Shown here: positions 50,201-64,000 of the stretch, in pieces
How positions within the stretch are numbered: the first letter of the stretch is position 1
Layout of the letters: each line of letters opens with the position of its first letter
Notes under the pieces: generated by a model
What the model was told of the DNA's origin: nothing
Databases searched by the model: none
What the model saw: the letters and a program-made list of their open reading frames with translations, nothing else
Assembly (NCBI RefSeq): GCF_964194025.1
Contig: NC_134473.1
Span: 62,558,001 to 62,622,000, forward strand
Direction of reading: 5' to 3'
Length of the DNA: 64,000 nucleotides
From: Convolutriloba macropyga
Taxonomy: Eukaryota
Program-made: the position numbers and the translations under genes

Positions 50201-51300
50201 TATCAAAAAGATTCCAATTCCAGCAGTTTGGTCCTGATTGAGCGCATGTTTTAATGCAAAACAGATATCAGGGAGGGTTGACATGTTGAGGGTTGATCAC
50301 GGGATGGTAGGAGTTTGTGGAGCGTTTCAAGAGACTTGTTTTTATTTGGGGGAAAACACCATTAAAACTAGCCAGAACGTCAGAGAGGGGGTAGTTAAGC
50401 ACTGAGCCACCTTCATACAATCCGAAATTTTTGCGAACTCGTGTCGTTGTTCCACATGTAGTGCAGTACGCCTTCACGCACCCAGGCACTTTTGATGTGG
50501 TTGTCAGTTTTCATAGTGTTCATGAAGTTCAATCTGGTTCTTGTGATGTCCTCGACCACACTTATTTACTTCATGTTGTCCACCTCTGCCAGCTTCTTTT
50601 TCTCCTAAAGAAGGTTCAGTTTTGCCACCCTTCTATTGAACTTGACAATGATGGGATTGCGTTTTGTGAGCAATTGAAATGTCCCAGGCCTCAGCAACTG
50701 CGTCGACTCGATCAATGACTTCCAGTACTTTGTCAATAGTCTCATTGTACTCTTCGTGTTTTTTGCCCTCGTTCATTTTCAGATTGAAAATTTTCAAATT
50801 CTCGCCTGTTGTGCGACTCGTGCACATGACTTTCCGACAGGGTTTTAGTTAGAATCTATTTTCCAGGTCGACCATTTCTGTTTTGACTTGTTGTTTAAAG
50901 GTCACCAGGGAATCTTGGACAGCACGTGCATTTGATGGTTCAAGTTGTTGCATTTGGGCCATGATGTCGGGAATGGCGTTTCTAATGGCATTTTGAATGA
51001 TAGGTTCTAAGTTGGTGTCGAGGTCTTCGGCTTCAGGACTCAATTCCGTACAGCCTCGCTTGGGCCCTTTTGCAACCGGAGTTCTTCCCAGATAGCTCAA
51101 AGGAGGAGGGATAGCTTGATACGCTTGGCTGTGGCTGTTTTGATGTCCATTCGTCATCATCATTGCCAACATGAAACTATTTAATAAGTTTATCACAACA
51201 ATTAGGCTAATATCGCTTTGACTATTTAGCTTAAACATGTTTCAAATCGATGATTTTCGAAGTGGTTGACAATCTTCGGAGGAGCTTAAACCAAGTTGTT
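47300..51300 (-). mobile_element. Near full-length decayed L2/CR1-group LINE
   Basis: ORF1 fragments 50268-51238. Endonuclease LVIYNK, VCGDF, PTRQT...TCL, AGHYPI (49500-50250). RT YRPILLL, QFGF, DLRKAFDTLDH, GVPQGSILG, YINDLP (48270-48770). Confidence 0.9.
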
Positions 51301-51759
51301 GGTCTCCTATTATTAATAGGGTAATTTAAATGAATCAGATAAGCTAGTACAGTTTCAGCAGTTTGTTGTGGAAAGAAAATTTGATGAGTTTCATTTCCAC
51401 CGGATTAACTTGCTAATAAGATTACTCCAAATCATTATTCTCCAACTTTTCAAAGGCATGCTAAAACAAAAAAATGAGTACAAAAGTGAAAATATTTCGA
51501 GGGTATTTTGTTACCAAATCATTTTCGCAAATCGATGTGGTAACTTTAGTAGAACAGATCTTCTGATTATTCACTTTGTTTATCGGTAACTAAGAAACTA
51601 GGAGGTGGCGATTGATCTGATATCAAAGCGTTTGGAAACCTCTTTTTAAAACTAAAATGACGTACAAATTTTCATTTTTAGTTTTTCTAGTCCTCTCTAT
51701 GTCGGGTATCAAGAAAAAAATAACACTGGCTTATAGTTGTCAGTGTTAAAAAGGCCGTT

Positions 51760-54700
51760 AAGCGTAGAGTAGCAAACTTAAACGATCTAATGTTTTGAAG
51801 ATTCCGCTGATTTCCGTAAATTCTCAAATTTTCACCATTTTTGCTAAAGATATTTAATTTGTTTAAAAAAGTGTTATCGGTTTTAAATTAAAAAATACAG
51901 AAGAGTTGCTGAACTGTTTGATCCAACATTTTTGTAGAAATTAAAATGTTTAGTAAATTTTTGAAAAATTTGATTTTTTTCATGAAAAATGACACCAAAT
52001 ATGCTGCTTTAGCCCACTTAGTCCAAATTCGCGGACATAGAGACCTAAAAACTGCTGATGCAAAATTGTTAAGTCAGATTATGGTCTTTTTTACTTCGTT
52101 TTCTATTAAAAAAGTGTTTGGAAGTAAATTTTAGAAGGCTTTTCGCTTATTTAAATCGATTTTTATCATAAAGCCATCATAATTTTGTTATATTGAGATT
52201 TTCTAATAGAATTTTGTTTTATGATGAAATTTGGACCGATTAAGGATTTTTGGGAGACGCGTAGTGGTATCAAGGCCAGTTTTTACCCAACGTAGTTTTT
52301 TTAAATCAAAGGAACCGGATTAAAAAGGGATTTGTGTAAAAAAAATTCGCTTTTTTATTTGCCAGTTATAGTCAGATATGTCTTCATAAACAGATGCAAT
52401 TGAAGAGAGATGCCACTTGCGCTTAAATGAGCCGCAATATGCAAATATTAAATTTCAGAGAAAAGCTCATGGTTTTAAGGGCTCCCACAATGTGTTTTAT
52501 TAATAGCCGCGAAGCGATAGCTGAGGCTATTAATGGCCTTCTCTTGCTTTTTTTAAATTTCGTCGTAAGATTTTTGTTACGACCATATAACGTAAACCAA
52601 TTCAAATCTGCTTTTTGTCCATTCGTTCATTTAGTTTCAACTGAATTGCGTGCGTGAAGTCATTTTCCGCTTAGTGGAGAGTTTTTTTGTTCATTCGTGT
52701 GATTAAGTTTTTGTTCACGCGTGACTTACCTGACTCTCAAAAATGACTTCCTGACCTTCAAAATGACTTTTTTTACTTTAATTCAAAGAGATAAGGTCAA
52801 GTGAGTTTAGATCACCCTAATTGACGGTTCTTTAAGAGCAGCTAAAATAAACAGCATTAAGTTATACAGATTCTCAGAATCAAAATTGAACATCTCAGCT
52901 CTTAATGAAAAAAATAACTTTCTGTTTTTGTCTGTCTCTTTTACTTTTTAACAGCCGCGAAGCGATAGTGGTTATAATTGGGGACATCGTGGTTTTTTTA
53001 TTCGTTGTCTCCATGGATAATTCTTACGACCTGACTTCTTGGAATGGACTTTTTCGTTGACTTCTGTTACTTCTTTTCTGCTTTGCAGTTAAATTTTTTG
53101 TGCATGACGTCATTTCTGCTTTTAGCTCAATTGCGTGACATACCTCACTCAAAAAAATGACTTCTGAACTGACTTATGGAACTTTAGTTTTTATGAACAA
53201 TTACTAATTAAAGGTCAATAGCGTGCATCTAAGGAGTGCTAAACTAATATGCCCTAAGTCTTGAGTATTAGTCTTGAGTTTTTGATTTCGAATATCAATT
53301 TTGAAAAAGCTTTTTCCTTATAGACCGTATTCCTTATAGACTGGGTTTTTTCCTTATAGACCGTATGTATCATAAAATTGACAGTCCGAATCTAACCTAA
53401 AAAGTCTAGTGGTCTATTAAAAGACTGGTGGTCGATCTTTCTATCGTTTTTCTTTAGTTGTTCCAATTCATGGACGGTCACAAGCGTCTATCGCGGCTAT
53501 TTTCCGGCAATCTGCCGGCTATGTTTTAACTTTTAACGATTTAGTGTTTTGATTATATTTGTTCGTTTTGTTATCTGGTGGTTTAATTCTCATTAATTAG
53601 TGGTCCAAATGTTCATCTAGAGAGATGTTCGTAACATTATCTAATGCCTTTACTTGATAAATAATGGCTCTTATGATTTTGAATATACTTTGGATATCAG
53701 TGATTTTTTAAGTTTTGTAATTTTCCAATCTTTTGGTAGCTTAATTTGATTGCTATCACGTGTCCTGTCAGCTTTCTAATTAAGCATAACCTATTCTGCT
53801 CAGTTGTTTTATTTAGTAGCTAATGGTTTTATTACTTTGATGTTATGATTTTCGTGAAAATTGTTTGATTTTTGGAAATTTTCCTATTTTTACGGTTCTT
53901 TGTCTCTTTTCACATTATCATGTCAACGAAAGGTCGCATCGGCGTTGAAGGGAAGTCCAATTGAACAAACGTGGAGATTTTCAACATATATAATGCATTC
54001 AGTGAATAGTTTATGGTTTTAATGGCTTCGGCACTTTCCTCGAAAATTTGTACTTGTTTTTTTTCGATTTTTGCCTGCATGTTCTTTGTTGTAGTCGTGT
54101 GACATATTCGCATTAAAGACAAATATCAATTGTTTTCTGTCGAAATATAAGTGATTTTTTAGACCTTTAGTTGATAGCTAATGGTTTCATTGATTTTGAA
54201 TTTATTGATTTTCACAAAAATTTTGATGTTTTTCCTAGTTTTTGACAATTTTTAACTGAATCTCACTAGAAACTGGCATTATTTTTTGATTTTTTGTTTG
54301 CAACGATTCTTTTATGACTCCGACACTATGAGATTTCTTAAAATTTTTGTGTTTGATACTCGTCATTTTTTTTTGATTTTTGTTGTCTGTGCATGTAGCC
54401 CCTTAAAAAATCAGGCCCTTTTGATGTTCAAGTAAGCATTTAAAATTTATCGCCGAATAGTTAAGGTTTTTATGGGTTTCAGCTCTGTTTTCTCAGATTT
54501 CTTAATTTTTTGAGTCTTGTCTGTTTGTTTATAGTCTTATGACTTGGTCTCACCAATGACCATTGCTATTGGCTTCCTGAGGAATTACATGTGAACTAGC
54601 TAGACTTTCTTTAGTTGTATTTTGGTGGCTGTCACTTTGAAGTTTCGGAACTCCGCCCTTTTTTGTCGATATTTGCCTAGTCCCATCGGCGACAGGTCTC

Positions 54701-54953
54701 ATCTGCTTTCTAGTGATGTACAAGTTAATTTGTGGTTTTATCTGATACTATTTCTCTGTTAGGGTTTTCTTTAATCATTTAGTAATTTGAGTTGATAAGT
54801 TTTCTTACTCATATGCCAATTGTTTTTGAACAGTATGTGAATTTGTTAATGGTTTATATGGCGTCCTTAATTGGTAGTCAATTAAGTCAGAATGTGGATG
54901 AGCGGGGTCGGAACATTGTGCAAGCGCAGATTACGGAGCCCCCTTGTTATTTT
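51760..54953 (+). mobile_element. Family A element, copy 3 (5'-eroded, interrupted by a family B insertion)
   Basis: 51990-52060 is homologous to the reverse complement of 27070-27135. The 3' end gagcggggtcggaacattgtgcaagcgcagattacggagcccccttgtta (54900-54949) is homologous to the reverse complement of 24457-24508. Confidence 0.7.
52499..53527 (+). mobile_element. Family B element (composite, two 5' ends) nested in family A copy 3
   Basis: aatagccgcga at 52502 and aacagccgcga at 52950. 3' subterminal inverted repeat tcgcggctatt at 53491 followed by hairpin ccggca-atc-tgccgg (53504-53518). Internal ttccttatagacc repeats. Confidence 0.82.
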
Positions 54954-57900
54954 TTACTTAAGTTGTTTGAATTGCTAGTTACTTATTAATTCATTATTCC
55001 GTGTTCTTCTTGCCTAGAAAAGTTTTCAAGGCAGTTTTACAGCAGTGTTTGAACGGCAAAGTTATATTAAATTTAACACTTACTTTAACATAAGTTTGCA
55101 AAAAAATTATCTCCATATAACCATGGGCAATCGATTTTTAATTTCTTGCTCATATTTAACAAATAGCGCCAGCTGCTGGTGCAAGACTAGCCAGAAACTT
55201 TGGGACCGTGAACTATATTGATAATTAATTATCCAATTTGAACTCAAATTCCAGTTAAACTTTTTTTAGTGCTTTTTCTTATGGATAGTTTTTTTCATTA
55301 ATTGTATAGAATAGTGCACGTAAGATCATAATGCTCGCTTTTTGCGAATAGTATAGATTTGAATTTGAGGAAAAACAAGTAAACAGAATTTTTAAAATCA
55401 AGTTTGCAGTAAAACCTCATTGTTTCAACTTAATTGTCACGTTTCTTCCATTTTTGTTGTGAAGAGTTGATCACATTTCATTTTCAAAATGTTTTATTCG
55501 AATATCTGTTGTTTAGAGCTCAAAGAGATTTTTCTCTCAAATCAACAAAGAGTCTGCTCACAATTTAAGACGGCTGAATGAAGATTTTAGAAATAATTTA
55601 CGGTAAAATATAATTTGAGACTGTGCAATTTGGTAATAAAATAGACTATTTCGACCAGCAATCCAATGGATCTTTACACTAATATATAATTTTTGTTAAA
55701 TGTGCTGTTATGTTGAAGCTTGATAATGGTCAAACTTTTAACTGAGTGTAACATAGTATATAAAATTTTGGTATTTTAATTTTTATGATGGGTTGGAACA
55801 TCATGTGTAACCGCACGTTGCCGATTCTCTTTAATTACTATGCTCACCTTGACAACGTTTTTATTTGCTCCGAATAGGTAATATTCCTTCAAATCCAGGT
55901 CCATTTGCTTCATATACCGAGTCAGAATTTGTACGAAACCATTAAAATTAACCATAATTTAAATCAATTCACTGACCAGGTAAGAACCAGGTACGTCTGT
56001 ATGATCAAATTATCTATTCACTCAAATGATTCCCGTATTAAAACTCTTGGATGATTCAAAAATGACGTCATATGCACACAAATTGAGTTGCTGAGCGGAA
56101 GGAGTCTCTGAACGGGTTGGTTTTTCTCAACTGTCGTTCGTGAAATTAAAAAAAAAACGGTCAGATTACGAAGCCGATACGAAAAATTACATCCACGTAG
56201 CTTACAAATGGCTATTTAACTTTTGTGTTCAGTTTTAAGGGTGTGAGCTAGATGATCAAGCCAACATAACCGATTCCCCCAAATTGCGAAATTTTGATTG
56301 TGTTTTCTCGCTGTGGTAGATTACTCCCAGAAATGACAGTGATTTCAGTCGGCGATTGTATGCTAGCTTTTTCTATTGCGTCGACGAGTAAAATATAAAT
56401 AAATTGAAAACTATATTTGAAAATGCGTTTAAAAAAGTTTAAAAAATTAGCGCATCATTTAATTTACAAATCAATTTGCCAGCAATTAACTTGACAGGTA
56501 AGTCTATAATTAAACAATTTAAGATAAGGTAGACTCGGCCGGGTTTATTGCTTCGCAGTCGATAAATCCGAGTTTTAAGGCAACGTGGATTCTTTCACCA
56601 GTATGTATTTCCTTCTAATTTCATAATTATCTAGTTTGTAGGTAGATAGTTAGTTAGCAGACGTCATTTGCGAATAGTAGGGAGCTGTTTTTGGCCTTGA
56701 CATCTACCATGTACTGGTTCTCGTAGCAGTTCTCGTTATGTTCTCTCAGCTTCATTGGGTTAGCTTGATCAGCACTTGAAGCCACAGGAACTAAAATACC
56801 CGCATTATAGGTGTAAAACACATGCTGGTAAAACATATATTCTCCACACAGCACGTTGAACACATGCTCATGTTGTAACCAAGATCGTGGATAAATCTTA
56901 CAGGTTTTGAACCATTTGCTAGATTCTTGCGGTAAAAAATTAGTGGTAATAATTCCTGTGGTGATTTTTGGGTAGAGATTTAGTTAAAGTATGTCTGGAA
57001 CTTCAAGCAGATTTTTAAAAATCGTTAAATGAGAATCTTTAAATCATTTCAAAATCTTCGATGAAAATGAACTTTAAACTATAACAGTATAACAATATAG
57101 TTTTCGTCGAGAAAAATGCTAAGTGAGATAGCGTAGAGTGTTGTGCAATGCACCCTAAGACACCAGGAAGCTACGAACACAGAAAAAGCGCCCCAAAGGA
57201 TTTTATAACTTCTCAATTTTCGACCTTTTTTCCAAAAAACTTTCTGTTTCGGAATAGTTTGTAATAATGGCTCTGAAAATTTCTATTAATTTGCAATTGG
57301 ATTCGGATCGGGACTTTTTTGTACCATTCCAGTATCTCCAGCTCATATTCTTTGAAAAAATTGTTGACAATCTGCTGCTTATGCACCTGCGCTTCATAAA
57401 GTAGAGGTCTTCACCCAAAGTCTGGTCTGGAAAATTCATGTCTTTGTAATTTTTCGAAATTTTAAAGTAAACTAGAACCCTTAACCTGTTTAAAGATCTA
57501 GCAAACGGTTTTCTATCTGACTGTTTTATGCCTCAGAAAATAGGTGATCGTTTGTGCGAACTCAATTTTGAAGTGTTTTTTGTGAAGAAATCTTGTTCCA
57601 TTTCTTCGAAGAATTCGAAAGTTCCTTCGCTGAAGATGCCTTGATCCGGGTACTTTTTTGTTTACGTTTATTTGCACGCTGTATATTAGATCTTTATTTT
57701 AAGCTGAGGTGCTTTTGTTTTTGTCCATGAAACATGAACATTTTGAATAGCAATTTTGAATGTCAAACAGTTCATGAAAGAATAAATCCGCTCAAATAGA
57801 TTTTCTGATCAAGTCGCGGCCACTTTTTTTCAAGCTTTAGCGCAAATGAACGTTTTGGGCAAAAATAACGTAGCTCAAGATACTGCCTCGTTTGATATCC

Positions 57901-58325
57901 GTGTCACTGACACAGCAAAATTCTGACTGCAACAGAAATCGGGTAGACGTATTAGAGAGCTGCGATAATGAGAGAGGGGGATAGCGTCCAACATTCATAA
58001 TAGCTCGACCAAAAAGTGGGGAGATCTATATAAGTGGAACAAACTGAGTGATAATCTTTCAGCATAATTTCAATATCCGAGCTGAGATGAAGGGGACTTT
58101 ATTTATTAATTGATTCTTCTCAGTCACCCAATGAGAGGGGAGTTGAACAAAATGCTTTAGTTGACGGAAAATAAGAAAGCAATTGATGAAATTAACGAAC
58201 AGGATGGGGACGCTAAACTCTGAAATGATAACCATGTCCGCAACTAACCAAGTAATAAATTAGGTGAGAGATTAAAAGAGTAGAAATGGTGCTGTACTTA
58301 GTTTTTTTGGTACCATAGTGTATAT

Positions 58326-58524
58326 NNNNNNNNNNNNNNNNNNNNNNNNNNNNNNNNNNNNNNNNNNNNNNNNNNNNNNNNNNNNNNNNNNNNNNNNNNN
58401 NNNNNNNNNNNNNNNNNNNNNNNNNNNNNNNNNNNNNNNNNNNNNNNNNNNNNNNNNNNNNNNNNNNNNNNNNNNNNNNNNNNNNNNNNNNNNNNNNNNN
58501 NNNNNNNNNNNNNNNNNNNNNNNN
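58326..58524. other. Assembly gap (about 200 N)
   Basis: Run of n characters. Confidence 1.
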
Positions 58525-58780
58525 CTAACCATTTTGTCTAAGCAGTATGTCCTATCTCTATGCCCCTTCTGTTGTTTGGAATTTGAAATTATTTCTTGTT
58601 TCGTCACCAGATTTTCTCATTGGACTGTGTGAACAAACTGATGCAAATTACATAGATAATGGTTCATAGTCCTTTTAGAGGTTGGGCTATCCGCTTCTAT
58701 TAACATATACTTGTAGTAGCAGAAATTAGCAGAGTTCCTGAAATTTGTATGCCCGTGGTGTTTATGTATAGAAAGTTACC

Positions 58781-61700
58781 TTGATGATAGAAACATGAAC
58801 AGCTGTTGCACTGTTCCTCCATATTGCTTCCCACCCCATTTGTTGCCGGAACGGGGGCTTTGCTGGTGTCAATGTCCGGGGTTTTAACACCCGAATTTGT
58901 CATGCTGGCATTGCCCACAATTGGCTTCATCACTTTCTTAGGCACACATTTGGTCTTCTCCCTTGGAGCCAAAATGGGCTCGAACCCACTGGGACTGTCC
59001 CTCTTGTTGTTCGTGGAGGAGTTTGTTTGAATGGGTAGAATAGGCGGGACTGCTCTGCTTGGACTTGGGGGAGGGTCCGAATTTGGAGGATGGTTTTGAT
59101 TGGTGGTGCGGTTGATGATTGCTGTGGTGTGACGAATTGCTGATTGATGAAGTGCGGGTGTTTCGTGGGTCGTCACAGCACGGAGAGACTACAGCATTGG
59201 GCGGCAGGCGTAAATCACGATCAGCATCTAAACAAAGCATAGGTTCAAAGCAAGTTTCTTCGTTAAAATTATGGTTCTTTCCCATTGTAGCCCCCAAGCT
59301 TGGTGGTCATGGAGCATAAAGCCCCCACCATGATAAACATACCATAATGGGATGGTTTCGCGAGGCGACCAATGGGAAAGACCCGAAAGTATAGAATTCG
59401 TGTTATAGTGAAGACTTTGAGCTAAAAAATGTTTGATCCTGCTTACAACAAAATTAACATGATTGATTTTGCATTGCTCATTTCGTATTGTCGGTCGTAA
59501 TAACTGGAAAAATTTGCGTAACTGCAACAAAATGTTAACAACGGCTACCGTGGCTTTATGATTCATTTTCAGAAGCAACTCATTGAAATTTTGTATTACT
59601 GCAAATTATTGATTGGCAGAACAATCTAATAGGGTGAAATTGAGGGTGAAATAATGAACAATATTAAATTTTCACAACTGACTGATTAACTAATTTAATA
59701 AGTTGTTATTGTAATGTTATCAATTAATTATACGTGGTGTTTGGTAGGGGGTGAGAGCACAGATAGATTTTCTCAAAAATGCGTTCGAACCAATGCGTTT
59801 CTAATCAGTCAATGAAAGAGCGGCAAAATATTTGGCTTTAAATCTCATGTGCAATTTTGCAAGAGAGCATAATCGTAAGTTAGTGGGATCTATTGTTTTG
59901 CCCCCCCCCCCCACCAGCTTAGTTTAGTGGGCTTATATCTTTTACGCCCCCAGGCGCACGTGCTATTTTTTACATAGTAACGTGCTATATAACAACATAT
60001 AATTTGTAACTGGGGGCGTAAAAAACACTGTGGGGGGGGGGGGTCAAACAGAATAGAACCAGTTAATGTTCAGCATGACACAACAGCAGCTTTAAGGGTA
60101 ACGATCTATTGTAAGGTTGTTTTTTTACCTATTTTGGTTTAGACAGAATCAATAGTGCCAATACAAACAATGTACTATTAACTAACAGAAGAGTGCGATG
60201 TGAACTGTTTTTTTCTGGGTGAAATTTCTGCGTTCTACCGTTTCTTTTACGGAGAGATAAAAACACGTTGAACTGGGGAGGAAAATGAGATCGGAACAAC
60301 ATGGTCAAAATGTCACATCATTATTTTTAGGGTTATCTCTATTCTTTTTCTCTTTCCTTAGGTGCGTTCGTAGGGTAAAAGCGGAGTATTCATTCCGATT
60401 TTTCAACTCTTTATTATCTCCATCTCTATTTGACTGCTCTTATTTTTCACAACAGATATTATTGACTGCGTGGATTGGCGAATACTGTGCTTTCATATAT
60501 GCAATATATGACACATAATTCGGTAGCAGAGGCGAATGTCATCAACTGGAAAAGTTAGCCATAAAAGATAAAAAATATTTCTCAAACTGGCTGATTAACT
60601 GATTGTTATATGTAGCTCCAGAACCGCCCTTTACGCCATGAAATTGTCTCCTCAAAAGTTTCGGTGAATCGCTTATTTAGAGACTCGTAAGGCGTAAGGC
60701 TCTAAGAGAGCTGCTCAGTCCTGCGGGCTTTATCTGTTTATCCCGTTTTTGAGGACGAAAAGTTAAAAGGGTCATACGAAAAATTGGTCAAACGAAAAAT
60801 TGCATTAATTTTACGAAAATACCTAACTACAAGCAAAAGAAATGAGCCAAATCGTCGAAAAAACTGTCAATGTCAAAAATTCATTCATGGAATGAATGCA
60901 AGGTATGAGCAAAAAAAACTTCTATCGCTCAGAAAATTTTAGTTCACACAGCAATTTTACACGCTTTCACTTCTAGGTCAAAAGGGCGCCTGAACTACTA
61001 CTTCCGGCTACAAAAGCCTTAAGAAAACCAATACTCTTCGGCGAGTCGTAAAAAGACCACAAAACTAATATAATTGATAAAAACTTTGTTTGAGGTCAAT
61101 TAAACGGCTGGATCATTCTTTACTTCACAACTAGCAGCCAGCTAATAGTTAACTTTTAAAAATGCACGTTTAAGTTTGTTTGCTAAGTTAATTAGTTTGG
61201 CATTGAGAAGCTAAAAGCTTGTTCGTGTGACATACCCAAATGATCGTCATCCTCTTCCCTAGGGTAGGCAGTCTCGTATCTGTTGTTGTTGTTTGTGTTT
61301 GTGTTTGCACTGACTGTACTGCTGCATGTTGAGACTACACCTTGGCTGAACATGTCATAGTCCCCCTCCTCTTCGTCGTCTTCGTTGTTCGTGAAGTCCT
61401 CCTCTCGACAGTCGTAGTCGGGGTCTTGACTCTTGTCCCTACCATTGCCCCCTCCGTACACTAAAACACATTGCACCATACAAAACAACACAAAGTATTG
61501 GGAGGAATCTCATTCTTACATGGTTGGATGAATAAATGCAAAAATAAAATAAATTTGATGTTGAAATTCTATCGGATAACCCACATGAATGTTCCTCTTC
61601 TCATTTCATTGAATCATTGGAAATTGTGAAATCAGTCGTTGAAATAAAAAAGGCTTTCAACCCGCATTTTACATCCAAGATACTAGAGAGAGAACAAAAT

Positions 61701-62985
61701 ATTTAAATGGAACCACCGCTTTAATGTGAGGACAAGTTATGAGGAGATCTTTTGACTTTAATTTACCCATTTAACTCAAATTATTCAAATTAGTGACAAA
61801 TATGTACTTCACTCATTCATAGTGAAAGAACTCTTGTGGAAGTTTTTAGGAGAGCTATTTTCTACAAAAGGTTTTTATCCACTTAATTCATAGGTATACT
61901 AATATAGGTACTAATACTCAGTTACATAATAAGTATTGAAGACATCATTAGTCGCAGTGATGAACTTCTGTGGAAGTTGAAAAGTTCAAGTAGGTGTCAA
62001 AAATGCCTGATGGCAATTTGATTTTGTCCACGTTTTTAATTTTCATAAATGCAAGCGAGTAATATATAAAAGATTATATGCTACCATACTTTTCTAAAAA
62101 TAAAAGCCCATTAGTTGTTTTTGAAAAAAAATAGAATCTTGCCATTTGTGCCACATTCTATTACAATAACGAATATGATTTCACTGTATTATAAGAGTTC
62201 CTGACATTGTTCGGTTTGCAACGTGCATAGACATTTATGTGCAAACCTGAACTGGGTGCGAGGGTGGATGCTTCGTAGAGTGACTCAATATCGGATGATG
62301 GTGGCTCTCCGGGGGGAGGGGGGACTGCTGCCGCTTCCTGCTCCCCATCACTGTCTATGCCCCCATTGTTATTACTAGCACAACATGCCTCGTCTCCACT
62401 ACCCACAAGGCGACAACCTCCTCCTCCTCCCCCAGCCCCACTTTTGCTGCAATGAGGAACTCCTGGGTTGGACAAGTTGTTTACTGAAACAAAACTAAGT
62501 CAAACTGAGGCCTGGATCTTTTCCGTTTGTGACCCCTGAATTAGCGCTAAATTAGTGGCCGGAATATTTCCCACAATCTTTGCTTTTTGACCCTCTTTTG
62601 GATCTTTTTTTTTCGAAATGCTATGCAATTGATGTGTATTTTGCTGATTTGAACTAACAGGCGCAATTAGGATCGTGTTTGATTTGCAACTGAGACGGGT
62701 GTTTGTGAAGGGCTGCTGGGGACCGATGTGAACAACAGTTGCCCGGGTTGGCACAGGGTGCTGTGGAGTGTGGGGGAGAGGCGGTTTTGGGCTTAGTCAG
62801 AATTGCCACTGCGGTACATCCCCCCATATTTCGGGGCAGAAGGTTGTCCTCCCTGGAGAGGAGCATCACTCGGTTGTTCACGGGGGGTTGGGGTGAGGGT
62901 CCATTGGTGCTGCTCCCTTTGGACCCGGACGGGCTGCCAGAGTGACCCATTGCCTGGTTGAAGGGAATCTCCGCGTACGAATTCC
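58781..62985 (-). CDS. Internal exons of an unidentified multi-exon gene encoding a low-complexity Ser/Pro/Gly/acidic protein
   Basis: Exons about 62985-62659, 62483-62247 and 61460-61236 have canonical AG/GT boundaries and join in frame (all phase 1). A further GC-richer exon region lies at about 59227-58781 with unresolved frame. No recognisable domain. Confidence 0.7.
59889..60057. mobile_element. Palindromic MITE-like element within an intron
   Basis: tctattgttttg(c)12ac pairs with gt(g)12tcaaacagaataga. Inner ttttacgcccccag pairs with ctgggggcgtaaaa. Confidence 0.7.
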
Positions 62986-64000
62986 TAAACACACGTTTGA
63001 AAACATTTAAATAATTGATCTATCTATCTATTTTTGATTTGACCATGAATGAGTTACATTAACGTCACAAATAAACAAATAATTTGGTTTGGGGGGGGGG
63101 GGTGTAGATATATATGGGGGAGAAATATCAGCAACATTAAATGATCATAACCCACCAAATTAAAACAGGATAGAAAGAGTGCATAAAAACCAATGTGCCT
63201 CTATTATATCAGAATGTGCAAATGCAGAGAGATAGTTTACAGGGTTTCAAACCTAAGATTAAAGTGGACAAACTCTCCGATATAAACGATTGAATAAACG
63301 ATCTGTAAACGATTGAATAAAACTCCGGTTTTAACGAATTTATAATTTCACAAAGTTTTTTTGAAGAAAAACTAAAAATTTCGAACCATTTGCAAAAATT
63401 ATGATAGAATTGGTTAGTTAAGAATTAGTTATGATACGAAACTGTAATGATTCTTGCATAGCATTTGACTGGGCTTTGTTAATACTTTTCTTTGGTTATC
63501 AGTTATCAAAACCATCTATGAACGAAAATGATACTTGCGATCCTTTCTGTGACCCCCCCCCCCTAAGAACAACAGGTTGCACGCTGAGTACAATGTTTCC
63601 ATGACATGTAGTTTTAAAAAGGGGTAATTTAGCTGTGGGGGAGGGGGGGTCAAGAGAACGGGAAAGGTATGGGATGAGCCGGATAATGTACAAGGAAGAA
63701 TGGATGGTGATGAGAAGATGGAAGGAGGAAAAGATAGGAAAGATTTTTCCATTAATGCCCCAATTAGATAATTCCAAACTCCAACGACAAACGTAGTGGA
63801 ATGTAGTTTTTCAGCGACTGAAGTTGTCATATAGTCTCATTGTGAGAGGGAGGAGGGAAAGGGGGTTCAACGGAAAAGTGTGCGAAAGATAAAGGAAAGA
63901 CCCTTCTAAATACCAGTTAAATGATCAAGAGAAATTGGTCTGTCAATCGATATGCGCAACAACAACACATGCAAAGACAAAATGATATGATCCCACGTCT

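Noticed and set aside
58272-58632. ORFs spanning the N run
   Set aside because: Artefacts of the assembly gap.
63499-63830. Two overlapping ORFs in a purine-rich stretch
   Set aside because: No motif or convincing splice boundaries; likely compositional.

Overview
AT-rich eukaryotic, almost certainly animal, genomic window. It is a transposon-dense landscape with a few host genes. Host genes: a single-exon heparan sulfate N-deacetylase/N-sulfotransferase (NDST, 19712-22291), a single-exon DNA2 nuclease/helicase (35401-38661), a two-exon DMTF1-like Myb factor (44432-46754) and part of a multi-exon low-complexity gene on the minus strand after the assembly gap (about 58780-62985). Retroelements: a decayed Ty3/Gypsy element plus a second partial copy, three L2/CR1-type LINEs (one internally deleted, with a duplicated 3' end) and a 5'-truncated CRE-like RLE retroelement. 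Other repeats: a 177-bp satellite and several MITEs. The least obvious structure is two distinct non-coding repeat families with Helentron/DINE-1 (HINE) architecture (subterminal inverted repeats plus a 3' hairpin). One forms an 803-bp-period tandem array that includes flanking DNA; the other carries an internal degenerate array of about 172 bp and lies head-to-head with a second copy. No CRISPR array, rRNA or tRNA is supported. All alignments were made by eye, so boundaries of decayed elements are approximate.
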